DNA from: Octopus sinensis
Taxonomy: Eukaryota
DNA: 64,000 nucleotides
Assembly: GCF_006345805.1 (NCBI RefSeq)
Contig: NC_043020.1
Span: 6,820,001-6,884,000, forward strand
Direction: 5' to 3'
The notes under the pieces were generated by a model that was not told where the DNA came from, searched no databases, and saw only the letters and a list, made by a program, of their open reading frames with translations. The position numbers were made by a program, and so were the translations under genes. Of the stretch, positions 26,830 through 40,099 are shown one piece after another. The number at the start of each line of letters is the position of its first letter. Positions within the stretch are counted from its first letter, which is position 1.

Positions 26830-27592
26830 AATTCCTCTCTCTCTCTCTCTCTCCTTTTGTCTCTCTCTCTCTCTCTCTTTCCCGTCGTCTCTCTCTCTCT
26901 CTCCCGTCGTCTCGCTCTCTCTCCCGTCGTCTCGCTCTCTCTGCCTTTGTCTCTTTCTTTCCCTTCATCTCTCTCTCTCTCTCCCTTCATCACACTTTTG
27001 CTCTCTTCGTCTCTCTTTCTCTTCCTTTGTCTCCCTCTCTCTCCCTTTGTCTCTCACTCTCTCCCTTTCTCTTCCTTTGTCTCCCTCTCTCTCCCTTCGT
27101 CTCTCACTCTCTCCCTTCATCTCTCTCTTTCTATCCTTTCGTTTCTCTCTCTCCCTTCGTCTCTCTCTCTCTCTCCCGTCGTCTCGCTCTCTCCCTTTGT
27201 CTCTTTCTTTCCCTTTGTCTCTTTCTTTCCCTTCATCTCTCTCTTTCTCTCCCTTCATCACTCTTTTGCTCTCTTCGTCTCTCACTCTCTCCCTTCATCT
27301 CTCTCTTCGTCTCTTTCTCTCCCTTCGTCTCTCTCTCTCTTTCTCTTCATCTCTCTCTTTCTCTCCCTTCGTGTCTCTCTTTCTCTCCTTTCGTTTCTCT
27401 TTCTCTTCCCTTCATCTCTCTCTCTCTCCCTTTGTCTCTCTCTTTCTCTTCGTCTCTCACTTTCTCTCCCTTCGTGTCTCTCTCTGTCTCCCTATTCCTT
27501 TGTCTTTCTCTCTCCTCCTCTCTTCCTATTCCACTGGCTTCTTTGCTCCCCTCAGACCTACTCATTTCTCTCTCTCTCTCTCTCTCCCTCCC
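26830..27592. repeat. ~760-bp CT-rich polypyrimidine/polypurine tract
   Basis: Degenerate (CT)n with ctctcccttc subunits. Confidence 0.9.
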
Positions 27593-27886
27593 CAGAAACT
27601 TCTCTAACCACCACACCCAATCCTTCTTCCCCACACCACTGTCCCTCCAGAACTCCGCTTCCCTACTCACCTACACCTCCCCCCCCATCAATACAAACTC
27701 CAGCAGTTTTGATTGCGTTGAGGATGAGGAGGCAAGATTGCAAAAAGTCACAGGAGTCAATGAATCCACTTCCTAACCACATGGTTCTAGGTTCAATTCC
27801 ACCATGTGGCATCTTGGATAATTGTCTTCAGGTCTCGTGTCATGTTGACCGATTCTTTAGTATTTGGAAAAAGTTTGTAAACATGT

Positions 27887-28280
27887 AGGTGCAGGAGTGG
27901 CTGTGTGGTAAGTAGCTTGCTTACCAACCACATGGTTCCGGGTTCAGTCCCACTGCATGGCATCTTGGGCAGGTGTCTTCTGCTATAGCCTCGGGCCGAC
28001 CAATGCCTTGTGAGTGGATTTGGTAGACGGAAACTGAAAAAAGCCTGTCGTATATATGTATATATATGTGTATGTGTGTGTGTGTTTGTGTGTCTGTGTT
28101 TGTCCCCCTAGCATTGCTTGACAACTGATGCTGGTGTGTTTTTGTCCCTGTAACTTAGTGGTTCAGCAAAAGAGACCAATAGAATACCAGGCTTCAAAAT
28201 AAGTACAGGGGTCGATTAGTTCGACTAAAATTTCTCACGATGGGGCCCCAGCATGGCCACAGTCAAATGGCTGAAAGGAA
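27887..28280 (+). mobile_element. SINE family A
   Basis: Same head, body and tail. Confidence 0.8.
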
Positions 28281-28669
28281 TATCGTCATCATCATTACCA
28301 TCATCATCATCCTTATCACCTTCATCATGATCATCATCATGATAATTTAACGTCCGCTTCTCATGCTAACGTAGGTTGGATGGCTTGACTGGAACTGGTC
28401 AGCTGGAGACCTGTACCAAGTTCCAGTCTGAATTTGGCTTGGTTTCTACAGCTGGATGCCAGTCCTTCCTAATGCCAACCACTCCAAGAGTGTAGTGGAT
28501 GCACAGCAAAATGCCAAAGGTGACGGTCACTTGTCACTGCCTCTGCCAGACCCCCACATTGGAAGATCATGCTTCACCAACTCGTACCATGTCGTCTTTC
28601 GTCTCCCTCTTCAACAGCTTCCCTCCACAGTTAGAGATCAACGCTTCTTTACACAGCTCTCCTCATATA

Positions 28670-30587
28670 CATCATCATCATCATTGTTTAACATCCGTTT
28701 TCTGTGCTAGCATGGGTTGGATGCTTCGACCGGGGTCTGGGAAGCCAGGAGGCTGCACCAGGCTCCAGTCTGATCTGGCAGTGTTTCTACAGCTGGATGC
28801 CCTTCCTAACGCCAACCACTCTGTGAGTGTAGTGGGTGCTTTTTATGTGCCAGGGGAGGCTGGCAACGGCCATGATCAGTTGGTGCTTTTTACATGCCAC
28901 CAGCACAGAAGCCAGTCAAGGCAGCGCTGGCATTGGTCACATTCAGATGGTGCTTTTTACGTGCCATCCGCACAGGTATCACAATTACCATTTGATTTTT
29001 TTATGCTGATGTACTTGACTCAATAGGTCTCCTAAGCACAGCACGTCGCCCTATGATCCAAGGTAAGCACAGCAGGCCGTCCTGCGATCCAAAGCACTTT
29101 GGAAGGGCTGGGGCTTCTATGTGAAGCTGGTGCAGGAAACAGGCATGACCTCACGTTATTTATCGGGTCTTTGCAGTCACAGCATATCTCCAGAGGTCTC
29201 GGTCTTTCGTCATTGCCTCTGTGAGACCCAACGTTCTAAGGTCATGCTTGACCACCTCATCCCATGTCTTCCTGGGACTAACACTACCCCGGATTCCTTC
29301 AACTGTTTGGGAGTGGCACTTCTTCACACATCTCTCCTCATCCATCCATAGTACATGACCATACCAGCACAAACGTCTCTCTTGTATGCCACACCCGATG
29401 CTTCTTATGTCCAGCATTTCTCTAAGGGCACTTACACTCTGTCGTGTGTGCACACTGACATTACACATCCAGCGGATTATCTCTAGCTTCATTTCTTTCA
29501 AGCCTATGCATATCCTCTGCAGTCACAGCCCATGTTTCATTAACATGAAGCATGGCAGTTCACAGACATGCGTCATACAATCTACTTTTCACTCTGGGTG
29601 AGAGACCCTTTGTCACCAGTAGGGGAAGGAGCTTTCTAAACTTTGCTCAGGCTATTCTTATTTTAGTGGTACCACTCTCTGAGCATCCACCCCACTACTA
29701 ACTTGGTCACCTAGGTAGCGGAAACTATCAACTACTTCTAGTTTCTCCCCCAGGAGTGTAATGGAATCTGTTTTCTGAATATCAATGGTGTCTATTGCCC
29801 TGTGCATCGGCCGCACACAAAAACTATCTTCTCGGTTAATTTTCCTTTGATGTTGCTGCACCTCTTATGTGTCCATAGCTTGCACTGGGTACATCTTATG
29901 GAGTTTCTACCTAAGCCTTTTATACTGATCGAGCAGGGCCACCTACCTGAAGGGGTGTGTGGTAAGTTTGCCTTCCTACTTACTAGAACTTTGGTCTTTG
30001 CTACATTGACTCTAAGGCCTTTTGATTCTAAACCTGAAATTTCTTTTCTAGTTCTGGTAGTGATTCTGCTATGAGGGCCAGGTCATCAGCATAGACGAGC
30101 TTCCAGGGGCAACCCATCTTGAATCCCTCTGTTATTGCCTGGAGGACTATGATGAATAAAAGGGGACTGAGGGCTGAACCTTGGTGGACCCCTACTTCTA
30201 CCTGGAATTCTTCACTATACTCATTGCTAATCCTAACCTTGCTGGCAGCCTCTCTGTATAGGGCCTGTACAACCCTTATTAACCATTCGTCAATCTCCAG
30301 TTTCTGCATCGCCCACCAGATAAGGGATTGGGGGACCCTGTCAAAGGCTTTCTCCAACTTCACAAAAGCTATGTAGAGGGGTTTATCTTTAGCTAGTTAT
30401 TTCTCCTGCAGTTGTCGAACCAGGAATGTGGCACCAGTGGTGCTTCTACCTGGCACAAAACTGAACTGCATCTCATCTAAGCAAACTCTCTCCCTAATAA
30501 GATGGGCTATGACCCTCTCTGTGACCTTCATCACCTGATACAACAGTTTAATAGCCCTGTAGTTATTTCTATCTAGAGCATCACCTA
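28670..30587 (-). mobile_element. 5'-truncated, frameshifted RTE-clade LINE (RT, C-terminus, 3'UTR ending in (GAT)n)
   Basis: Minus-strand peptides LEKAFDRVP, GVHQGSALSPLLF, YADDLAL, LEVVDSFRYLG, RRLCWYGHV; contiguous 3'UTR ends at the catcatcat tract near 28670. Confidence 0.9.
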
Positions 30588-30600
30588 GATATGTCTTTGT

Positions 30601-30975
30601 TTTTTACTGGTTTCATTTTTTGATTGTGGCCATGCTGGAGCACCGTCTTTTAGTCAAAGAAATCGAGCCCTGGATTTATTCTTTGGAAGCCAGGTACTTT
30701 TGCCAAACCGCTAAGTTACGGGGACATAAACACACCAACATCAGTTGTCAAATGATGGTGGGGGAACAAACAGAGACACTAACACATAAACACACACACA
30801 CACACACACACACACAGGCTTCCTTCAATTTCTGTCAACCAAAGCCACTCACAAGGCTTTGGTCGGCTCGAGGCTATAGTAGAAGACACTTGCCCAAGGT
30901 GACACATAGTGGGACTGAACCTGGAACCATGGGGTTGGGAAGCAAGCTACATACCACACAGCCACACCTGTGCCT
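30601..30975 (-). mobile_element. SINE family A
   Basis: Reverse-complement homology. Confidence 0.75.
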
Positions 30976-30992
30976 ACAATTTTATATATATA

Positions 30993-31210
30993 TACTGGAG
31001 TAAACACATAAATGTGAAACAAGGTGGAAAAAAATAGTACTCGAATACCAAAGGTAGAGTAATATGCTTTATTTAAAAGCAGCAGAAATATCACAAAAAC
31101 TGTTACTCAGAGTTTCGCGTTACCGTTTGTCCGCCGAACTCTGTCCACCGAACAAGAACATGAAACTCGTAGTAACAGTTTTTGTGATATTTTTGCTGCT
31201 TTTAAATAAA

Positions 31211-31212
<2 letters not shown>
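30993..31212. mobile_element. Penelope-like fragment with inverted arms and a hammerhead-like motif
   Basis: ctttatttaaaagcagcagaaatatcacaaaaactgttact and its reverse complement; same family at 50618-50795, 57600-57730 and 24375-24412, each next to (TA)n. Confidence 0.6.
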
Positions 31213-31264
<52 letters not shown>

Positions 31265-31888
31265 TTTATTTAAAAGCAGCAAATATATATATATATGAAA
31301 GAGAAAGAGAGAATGACAGAAAATGGAATGAACAGCATCCTTTATTTAGAAACACTACAATTGTTTCAATACATTTTTACACGTTTAGTATACTGGTAAG
31401 TGTAATCATTATAATCCATCCAAAATGAAAAAGGTGCCTCCTCAGGTGATTGTTTAAGTAAGTCTTTCATTAGAATGCATGTTCAAAGTGATGTGGCAAG
31501 CAGTTCCATTGTATGATGACAGCAGGTAGCCAATAACTGTGGATGGGCTTTGCATAGCATTCTACAAGAATTTTTACCTGAATCTTATTTAACTATATGT
31601 GTGTGTGTGTGCGTGTGTGTGTGTGTGTTTGTTGTGTGTGTGTGCATGTGCGTGTTTGTGTGTGTGTGTGTGTGTGTATATATATGTATGTATGAAGGTG
31701 CATGGCTCAGTGGTTAGAGTATCGGGCTCACATTCATGAGGAAGTGAGATCAATTCCTGGACCGGGCTGTGTGTTGTGTTCTTGAGCAAGACACTTTATT
31801 TCACATTGCTCCAGTTCACTCACCTGTAGAAATGAGTTGTGATGTCACTGGTGCCAAACTGTATCATAGCCAGCTTTTTACCATACAC

Positions 31889-31950
<62 letters not shown>

Positions 31951-31960
31951 AGGATTCATA

Positions 31961-32815
31961 CAGGGTATGATGGGTAAATTGATGCCATTCCATATTTTCA
32001 ATTTCGTGCATACACCTCGTTTGTTTTTGATTTTGTCAACTACACAGTATAGTAGGGTCAGTTGGGCACTGTCTGTGAGAAAAACAGCACAATGATGCAA
32101 TTCACTCTGCCAGAAATTTGGAAATGACATGCTGTACTTCTTGGCATTCATGCCAGCATCTCCAATATGAACATTTCAGAGTCTTTGGGTGTAAATCTGC
32201 AGACAGAGCAATCTGAGGAGATGTACCGAGAGTAATAAAAATCAAACATCCAGTCAACATCATGGTGTTTGGAGTGATCACTAATGATGGCAATGTTATG
32301 CCTCCATTCATCTTCTCACATGGCCTCAGGCTTGACATGGAGGCCTACATCAAATCCCTGGAGGAGGTAGTACTACCCTGGGTCATGAAGGAAGACCCTG
32401 TGTCTGGCAACAGGACTTTGCATCTTGCCACACAAGAAGGAGAACCTAGTCATGGCTGTCACCCCTAACATCTGACCACCTAATTCCCCAGACTGCAACC
32501 CCTTGATTACTATGTATGGGGCACAGTGGTGCAAGAGACCAACAAAACTCCTTGTAAAACCAAAGATGAGCTGAAGGCAAGGATTATGGCAGCATTCACC
32601 AACCTAAACAAGGAAGCAATCTAGAAGAGTTGCAGGAGATTCTGAAGTCGTCTGGGGGTCATGGTTGAAGCTAATGGAAATTTTACTGAATAAATTTACT
32701 CTTAATATTTCGAGATATTTTTATGCAATTTTGGTAAATGTATCTGTTAAAATGAGATGTCAGTGTTATTTTCATTTTTGTGTAATTTAGAAGACAATTT
32801 ATTCACCACACCCTG
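31961..32815 (+). mobile_element. Tc1/mariner-superfamily (maT/DD37D-like) defective transposon
   Basis: TA|cagggtatgatgggtaaattg ... caatttattcaccacaccctg|TA imperfect TIRs with TA TSD; fragments KHPVNIMVFGVIT..GNVMPPFIF, VWQQD, PPNSPDCNPLDYYVWG. Confidence 0.85.
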
Positions 32816-32875
32816 TATGTGTATGTGTATATATATATATGTATGTATGTATATATGTATGTATGTATATATATA

Positions 32876-33038
32876 GGCGCAGGAGTGGCTGAGTGGTAAG
32901 TAGCTTGTCTACCAACCACATGGTTCCGGGTTCAGTCCCACTGCATGGCACCTTGGGCAAGTTTCTTCTACTATAGCCTCGGGCCGACCAAAGCCTTGTG
33001 AGTGGATTTGGTAGACGGAAACTGAAAGAAGCCTGTCG

Positions 33039-33070
<32 letters not shown>

Positions 33071-33280
33071 GTGCGTGTGTGTTTGTCCCCCTAGCATTGC
33101 TTGACAACCGATGCTGGTGTGTTTATGTCCCCGTTACTTAGTGGTTCGGCAAAAGAGACCGATAGAATAAGTACTGGGCTTACAAAAGAATAAGTCCTGG
33201 GTCGAGTTGCTCGATTAAAGGCGGTGCTCCAGCATGGCCGCAGTCAAATGACTGAAACAAGTAAAAGAGAAAAGAGAAAG
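32876..33280 (+). mobile_element. SINE family A, full length
   Basis: Same head, body and tail; lies ~270 nt upstream of exon 2. Confidence 0.85.
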
Positions 33281-33549
33281 ATATATGACAAGCTTCTTTC
33301 AGTTTCTGTCCACTCACAAGGTTTTGGTTGACCCAAGGCTATGGTAAAAGGCACTTGTCTATGGTGTCACACAGTAGGGCTGAACCTGGAACCATGGGGT
33401 TAGGAAGCAAGCTTCTTACCACACAGCCATGCTCAAGAAAAACAAAAAGTCTGTCTTTGTGTCGTCTTCACTGAATGTCATGTGACTTTCTTTTCTCGAT
33501 CTTTTATAACTGTTTCCTTTTATGGATTTTTTTTTTCTTTTTTTTTCAG

Positions 33550-33717
33550 TGCTGTCGGTTGTGATGACATGGGGTCCCTGGGGATCTCTTTCTGGCTGCT
33601 CGAAGACTTGTGGATTTGGCACTGAAGAAAGGACACGCTATGTTGTCGTCGACGGTAGGGAGGACGAGGAGAAAAAAGAAACTCAAATATCTCAATGTTA
33701 TCTTACACACTGTCCAG
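33550..33717 (+). CDS. Coding exon 2: thrombospondin type-1 repeat 1
   Basis: Polypyrimidine tract + cag acceptor; VLSVVMTWGPWGSLSGCSKTCGFGTEERTRYVVVDGREDEEKKETQISQCYLTHCP (WxxW, CSxTCG, RxR); donor g|gttagt; 168 nt, phase 1-1. Confidence 0.93.
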
Positions 33718-33769
33718 GTTAGTAACTCGTCTTTTGTTACACTACCAACATCTCTCTACCATGCATCAC

Positions 33770-35097
33770 CACCCCTCTATGCCTTATATCACCATCTCTG
33801 TCCCTTTTGACCAATGTCCCTCTTTGCTTTATATCACCATCTCTGTCCCTTTTGACCAATGTCCCTCTTTGCTTTATATCACCATCTCTGTCCCTTTTGA
33901 CCAATGTCCCTCTTTGCTTTATATCACCATCTCTGTCCCTTTTAACCAATGTCCCCCTTTGCTTCATATCACCACCTGTGTCCCTTTCAACCAATGTCCG
34001 TCTCTGAATTATGTCACCACCTTTGTCCCTTTTTAACCCTTTAGCATTCAGATCACGCCGCAAAGTGTAATGTTTATTTATTCAAATTGTTTTGAATTAA
34101 TCTCGCATTATCTTGTAGCTTTGATATATATCAATGATGTGGTTGTCTATTTTAAGAATGACATTGCAAGATAGGTGTGAGAGGCCTGATCTGGCCAGTC
34201 TGAACATAAAACAGGTAGAATATTTTGAGCTGGATATGGCTAGTTTAAACACTAAAGGGTTAACCAATCCCCCTCTCTGAATTATATCACCATCTCTGTC
34301 CCTTTTGAGCCAATACCCTCTTAGCCTTATATCACCATCTCTGTCCCTTTTGAGCCAATACCCTCAGCCTTATGTCACCATCTCTGTCCCTTTTGAGCCA
34401 ATAGCCTCAGCCTTATATCACCATCTCTGTCCCTTTTGAGCCAATACCCTCAGCCTTATATCACCATCTCTGTCCCTTTTGAGCCAATCCCCTCTTAGCT
34501 TTATATCACCATCTGTCCCTTTTGAGCCAATACCCTCTTAACCCTATATCACCATCTCTGTCCCTTTTGAGCCAATACCCACTTAGCCTTATATCACCAT
34601 CTCTGTCCCTTTTGAGCCAATACCCTCTTGGCCTTATATCACCATCTGTCCCTTTTGAGCCAATACCCTCTTGGCCTTATATCACCATCTCTGTCCCTTT
34701 TGAGCCAATACCCTCTTAGCCCTATATCACCATCTCTGTCCCTTTTGAGCCAATACCCACTTAGCCTTATATCACCATCTCTGTCCCTTTTGAGCCAATA
34801 CCCTCTTGGCCTTATATCACCATCTGACCCTTTTGAGCCAATACCCTCTTGGCCTTATATCACCATCTCTGTCCCTTTTGAGCCAATACCCTCTTAGCCC
34901 TATATCACCATCTCTGTCCCTTTTGAGCCAATACCCACTTAGCCTTATATCACCATCTCTGTCCCTTTTGAGCCAATACCCTCTTGGCCTTATATCACCA
35001 TCTCTGTCCCTTTTGAGCCAATACCCTCTTAGCCCTATATCACCATCTCTGTCCCTTTTGAGCCAATACCCTCTTAGCCTTATATCACTATCTCTGC
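33770..35097 (+). repeat. 45-bp minisatellite split by a MITE (~6 copies left, ~18 right)
   Basis: Core ttatatcaccatctctgtcccttttga in every unit. Confidence 0.95.
34033..34263. mobile_element. TTAA-flanked MITE, family M2, inserted in a 45-bp minisatellite
   Basis: TTAA|CCCTTTAG ... CTAAAGGG|TTAA; related partial copies at ~21600-21790 (minus) and ~63650-63862. Confidence 0.8.
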
Positions 35098-35269
35098 AAC
35101 CACACGACTAGATAACTACCATTAACTCTAATGGGCATCATGTTGTGCAATGGAGAGGACATGTTCTCTAGTGGGGGACCATGTAGTATAGTGAGAAGGG
35201 CATTTGGGAAAACATGTAGCTGTCATATAGGGTAATATAATGGGACATGACATACCTTTCCTATGCATA

Positions 35270-35750
35270 CCTTTCCTTCCTGTGACACAAACCCTACTTG
35301 TGAAGACCTGTTGAGGCAAGTGAAAATCAAAATCGAAATCGATCAACATCAATGGAAATTGTAGCTGTGATACCAGTGCCAGTGGTACATAAGAGAACCA
35401 TCCGAACGTGGCCATTGCCAACACCGCCCCGACTGGCCTCTGTGCCGGTGGCACGTAAAAAGCACCATCTGATTGTGGCCGTTGCCAGCCTCGTCTGACC
35501 CCCCGTGCTGGTGGCACGTAAAAAGCACCATCCGATCGTGGCCGTTTTCCAGCCTCGTATGGCACCTGTGCAGGTGGCATGTAAAAAGCATCCACTACAC
35601 TCACGGAGTGGTCGGCGTTAGGAAGGGCATCCAGCTGTAGAAACACTGCCAGATCAGACTGGGCCTGGTGCAGCCTTCTGGCTTCCCAGACCCCAGTTGA
35701 ACCGTCCAACCCATGCTAGCATGGAAAACGGACGTTAAACGATGATGACA
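35270..35750 (+). mobile_element. RTE LINE 3'UTR fragment ending in (GAT)n
   Basis: Reverse complement of the 28670-29050 3'UTR; other fragments at 795-1030, 6730-7050, 7787-8800, 9531-9680, 19715-19990, 21120-21340, 37930-38270 and 47400-47745. Confidence 0.75.
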
Positions 35751-36419
35751 CTGATATGTCAGATGAACAATAACGTGTTTTATGTTACCCTAGGTTAACT
35801 AATGTACCTACCTCTTCTATAAACTGGCACTCCTTTGGTTATGACATTGAGGGTTTGTGCAAGTGGTTGAGCACTCCACAGACACGTGTACCTTTAATGT
35901 AATTCTCAGGGGGATTCAGCATGACAAAGATTGTGACAAAGCTGTCCCTTTGAATTACAGGTACTGCTCATTTTTGCCAGATGAGTGGACTACAGTAACA
36001 AGAAATAAAGGGTCTTGTTCAAGGACTCAGCACTGACAAGAATTGAACTCATGGCTTTGCGCTTGTATGCCAAATATCTTAACCACTAAGCCACGCACCT
36101 TCACTACCTCTTCTATAATATTATTCTAGGTTAACAAGTGACATCTCATTAGTTAACCTAGGATAACACTGTAGAACAGTTAGAAATGTCATAACCTCTC
36201 TATTGTTATCCTAGGTTAAACAGGGCTTATATTCGCCTTTATATTGTTAACCCTAATTTAACTATAGATTTTCATGTGAAATATTTCATTCCTAAACGCA
36301 TTTCTTGTGTTATTCTAGGTTAACATTAAACAACAGACGTGTTATAACCTTTCTATTGTTAGCCTAGGTTAATGAATGTGACAACACCCCATCTCCCATT
36401 GCATAGCAACAATAGCAAC

Positions 36420-36782
36420 GTGTGGTAAGTAGCTTGCTAACCAACCACATGGTTCCGGGTTCAGTCCCACTGCGTGGCATCTTGGGCAAGTGTCTTCTGC
36501 TATAGCCCCGGGCCGACCAATGCCTTGTGAGTGGATTTGGTAGACGGAAATTGAAAGAAGCCTGTCGTATATATGTATATATGTGTGTGTGTGTTTGTCC
36601 CCCTAGCATTGCCTGACAACCGATGCTGGTGTGTTTACGTCCCAGTCACTTAGCGGTTCGGCAAAAGAGACCGATAGAATAAGTACTGGGCTTACAAAGA
36701 ATAAGTCCCGGGGTCGATTTGCTCGACTAAAGGCAGTGCTCCAGCATGGCCACAGTCAAATGACTGAAACAAGTAAAAGAGA
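36420..36782 (+). mobile_element. SINE family A
   Basis: Same body and tail, head slightly truncated. Confidence 0.85.
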
Positions 36783-36827
36783 GATATTTCAATACTAATA
36801 ATAATAATAGTAATAGTAATAATAATA

Positions 36828-37408
36828 AATGCCCTGATGCAGTACCAGGCAGTGGCTCTCATGGCTTCTGATCTTAACTGATTGGAAGTGTTATCATGTA
36901 CATTGTTTTGTCTTGGTATAAAAGATGGGCTACAGCAAATATTCTGCTCAATACCACAGATTTGCTTGTCAGTTGCTTGACCTTAACCAGTTGAGCATGT
37001 CCCTTAGTGGCTGACGATATGTGCATCTCTGATCACGAGCAGAAGTAGTGGGGGAGCATCATAGCCATGTGTTGAGAGGGATTCTTTGGGGTTTGAGTAA
37101 TTCACCTCTGGAAACATGGGTGGTTCTTTCAACATCCTTAAACAACCCTTATTCAGGGACCTTTTGAGCGGGATGGGCTACTCAACCTGAAGAAAATTCT
37201 AACTGGGCCCCACCTGCAAGGTCATGTGCTGTTTATCTTGATATGAGATCACCATGTCGCGCACATATGGTTGTGATGCATGTGCCTGGTGTACCCTTAT
37301 CAGACGGGTAGTCATGATGGGTATATTGGGCTTCGTATATTTTACCCCAGTGTCACTTTGATGGCATGCACTGCTCTCTCACTCAATAATAATAATAATA
37401 ATAATAAA
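36828..37408 (+). mobile_element. Unclassified non-LTR retroelement 3' fragment flanked by (AAT)n
   Basis: ~560-bp higher-complexity block bracketed by (AAT)n tracts; no ORF. Confidence 0.4.
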
Positions 37409-38422
37409 TCTCTTTATGACTGTTTTCATATTCCAAAACATATTTGTGACATTTGTTAATATCCAGTGAATGAGATTACAGACGATGCCAAAACGGCAAA
37501 TAAAATAAATAAATTGGTTTAATTACCTGAGAATTTCTCAGAGATTTGTGTTCAGGTGCGAAAGGATAATGATTCTACTTATGGTATTTCTTGAAACCTG
37601 AGAAGAAATTCCTGTAATTGATAAAAGAAATTATTTCGGTAGCTCAGGTGCATGGCAGCAAAATCTTGCTATTAATTGCAATGGCACTAACAGAGTAAGT
37701 TTTTGTTGTTTTTATATGTGTATTCTTAGATTTTTTTTTAATGATTTTTTTATTTTTACTTTTTTTTTTTTTGGTATTTTGGTAAATTTGAGAATTTTTA
37801 CATCTTTAAAAGCTTCTCAAAATCCAGAATCTCAGATTTGCGTACTGTTTATTATCTCTGCACTCGATTTGACAGTTAAAGGCAAGGAAGTGATGGCTTA
37901 AGATTGTAAAGAAGAGAAAATTAATTGATGCCATCATCATCATCATCGTTAAATGTCTGTCTTCTGTGCTGGCATGGAGAAGATGGTTTGGCAGGAACTG
38001 GCAAATCAAGCAACTGCACAAAGTTCTGCTGTTTGCTTTGGTTTGGTTTCTGTGGTTGGATGCCCTTCCTAACACCAACCATTTCACAGTCTGTGCTGGG
38101 TGCGTTTTATGGAGCACCAGCACCAGTGAGGTCACCAAGTAACCGGTGAGACAAGGATCCCTTCAACTGAGATGGGGAGTAGTATTGAGGGGGTGGGGTT
38201 TATGCCAGGCAATGAAAAATATATGATAAAAGTGATGGAAAAAAGTGTCTTATAGAGAAGATACATTGCAACCCCAGTCAGAGGGAGAGAGAGAGAGAAA
38301 TGTTTAACAGAAAGTTTGTTCATTTTGTTTTAATATTTAATGGGCTGGCTTTTGTGTTTTAATGGGTTGACATTTGTATTTAATGGTTTGATGTTTCTAT
38401 TCAATGTTGCTTAGTTTCATAC

Positions 38423-38652
38423 TTAACCCTTTCGTTACTGTATTTATTTTGAGATGCTCTGTGTTTCTTTCAATTAATTTTAAATATAACAAAGAATTTA
38501 GTAAAATAACCCAGTCATCATTAAGCTAGTGTTAGGAACATAAATTGTGACTAAGGTTTGGTGGAAGATTTTAATTCAAAACTTATGGAAACAAGACATT
38601 TGTACTACAGAGCCAGAGCCGGTTTTAGATGGGTTGGTAACGAAAGGGTTAA
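38423..38652. mobile_element. TTAA-flanked piggyBac-type MITE, family M1
   Basis: TTAA|CCCTTTCGTTAC ... GTAACGAAAGGG|TTAA, perfect 12-bp TIR. Confidence 0.85.
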
Positions 38653-39179
38653 TGGGTTTAACACTTGTTTAGTGATCTTATTTTTTATGTTTAACGGATT
38701 AGCACTTATGCTTAATGGTGTTTGTGTTTTAATAGTACTTGTTTTTAATGGTGTATCTGTTTTAATGGGTCAGTAATTGTTCTAATGGTGTTTGTGTTTT
38801 AATAGCTTGATACTTGTTTATAATGGTGTTTGGGCATTAATAGGTTAGTACTTGTTTTAATGGTGTTAGTATTTTAATTGGTTAGTCCTTGTTTTAATGG
38901 TGTTTGTGCTTTAATAGGTTGGTACTTGTTTTAATGGTGTAAGTATTTTAATGGTGTTAATGTTTTAATTGGTTAGTATTTGTTTTAATGGTGTTTGTGT
39001 TGCAGTGTGCATATATTGGAGTGTTTAGATTGCTGGGTAGATGACCCCAGTGGCGAGATGTGTTTAACCCCTAAACAGTGGGAAAGGGCTGTTTGAATGT
39101 GTGTGCCAACTGGGTAAAAAACAAAAAAAAAACCTTTTTTCTGAAGGATAATTTTTATTATTTTTTATTTATCTATTTA

Positions 39180-39466
39180 TCCACCCTTTTCATGGGCCCA
39201 GTTTCCCAGTTTCTGTGGCATATGTGTTCACCCCAGCTGGACGGGACGCCAGTCCATCGCAGTGTTACTCAAGAAACAGGAAGAAAGAGTGAGAGAAAGT
39301 TGTGGTGAAAGAGTACAACGGGGGTCGCCACCACCCCCTGCTGGAGCCTCATGGAGCTTTAGGTGTTTTCGCTCAATAGACACACACAATACCCGGTCTG
39401 GGAATCGAAACTGAGATCCTCCAACCACGAGTCCGCTGCCCTAACCACTGGGCCATTGTACCTCCA
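39180..39466 (-). mobile_element. SINE family C
   Basis: Reverse complement of 1110-1410; relatives at 53500-53805, 55290-55662 and 20915-21092. Confidence 0.75.
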
Positions 39467-40099
39467 TTACTCATTTTTTACTTCAAATAATTACATAAAC
39501 CCTGGAAATTTACAAACCTCATTATCAAAAAATGCTGTAAAATATTCACTTTCCTTTGCGTATTTAGCAATGAGCATAAATTCATTTGAGACTTCTGTTG
39601 TGTTGGCATCCAACAAATGTACAAATAGTGAAATTTCAGTGTTTTTTCCATCCAGAGTCAATTGAAGCATCAGCTTCTTCTGTGCTGTTGAGGGCAGTGG
39701 TTCAAATCCAGGGTCCATATCTTTCTTTTATTCCTTTTGCATGTTTCAGTCATTTGACTGCAGCCATGCTGGAGCAATGAAACATGTAGCCTGGATTTTT
39801 ATTTACGCCATTCCCTAATTCTTGGATATATATGTGTGTGTGAGTGTCAAGTGTCCCCTGCTAGCACTTGACAACTGGTGTTGGTGTGTTTACATCCCCG
39901 TATCACTAGAAACTGATAGAAAAAGGACCAAGCTTAAAAAAATTAAGTACCTGTTTGACTAAAATTCTTCGAGGCAGTGCCCCAGCATGGCCACAGTCTT
40001 ATGACAGAAACAATTACAAAAATCATAAAAAGAATAATACACTGAATTAACCCATTCCTTTAATAATGTTTCCTTTTTTTTCTTTTATATATTTCACAG

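Noticed and set aside
25660-27888. 733-aa and 687-aa His/Thr- and Ser/Leu-rich ORFs
   Set aside because: Translations of CA- and CT-rich simple repeats, open in several frames.
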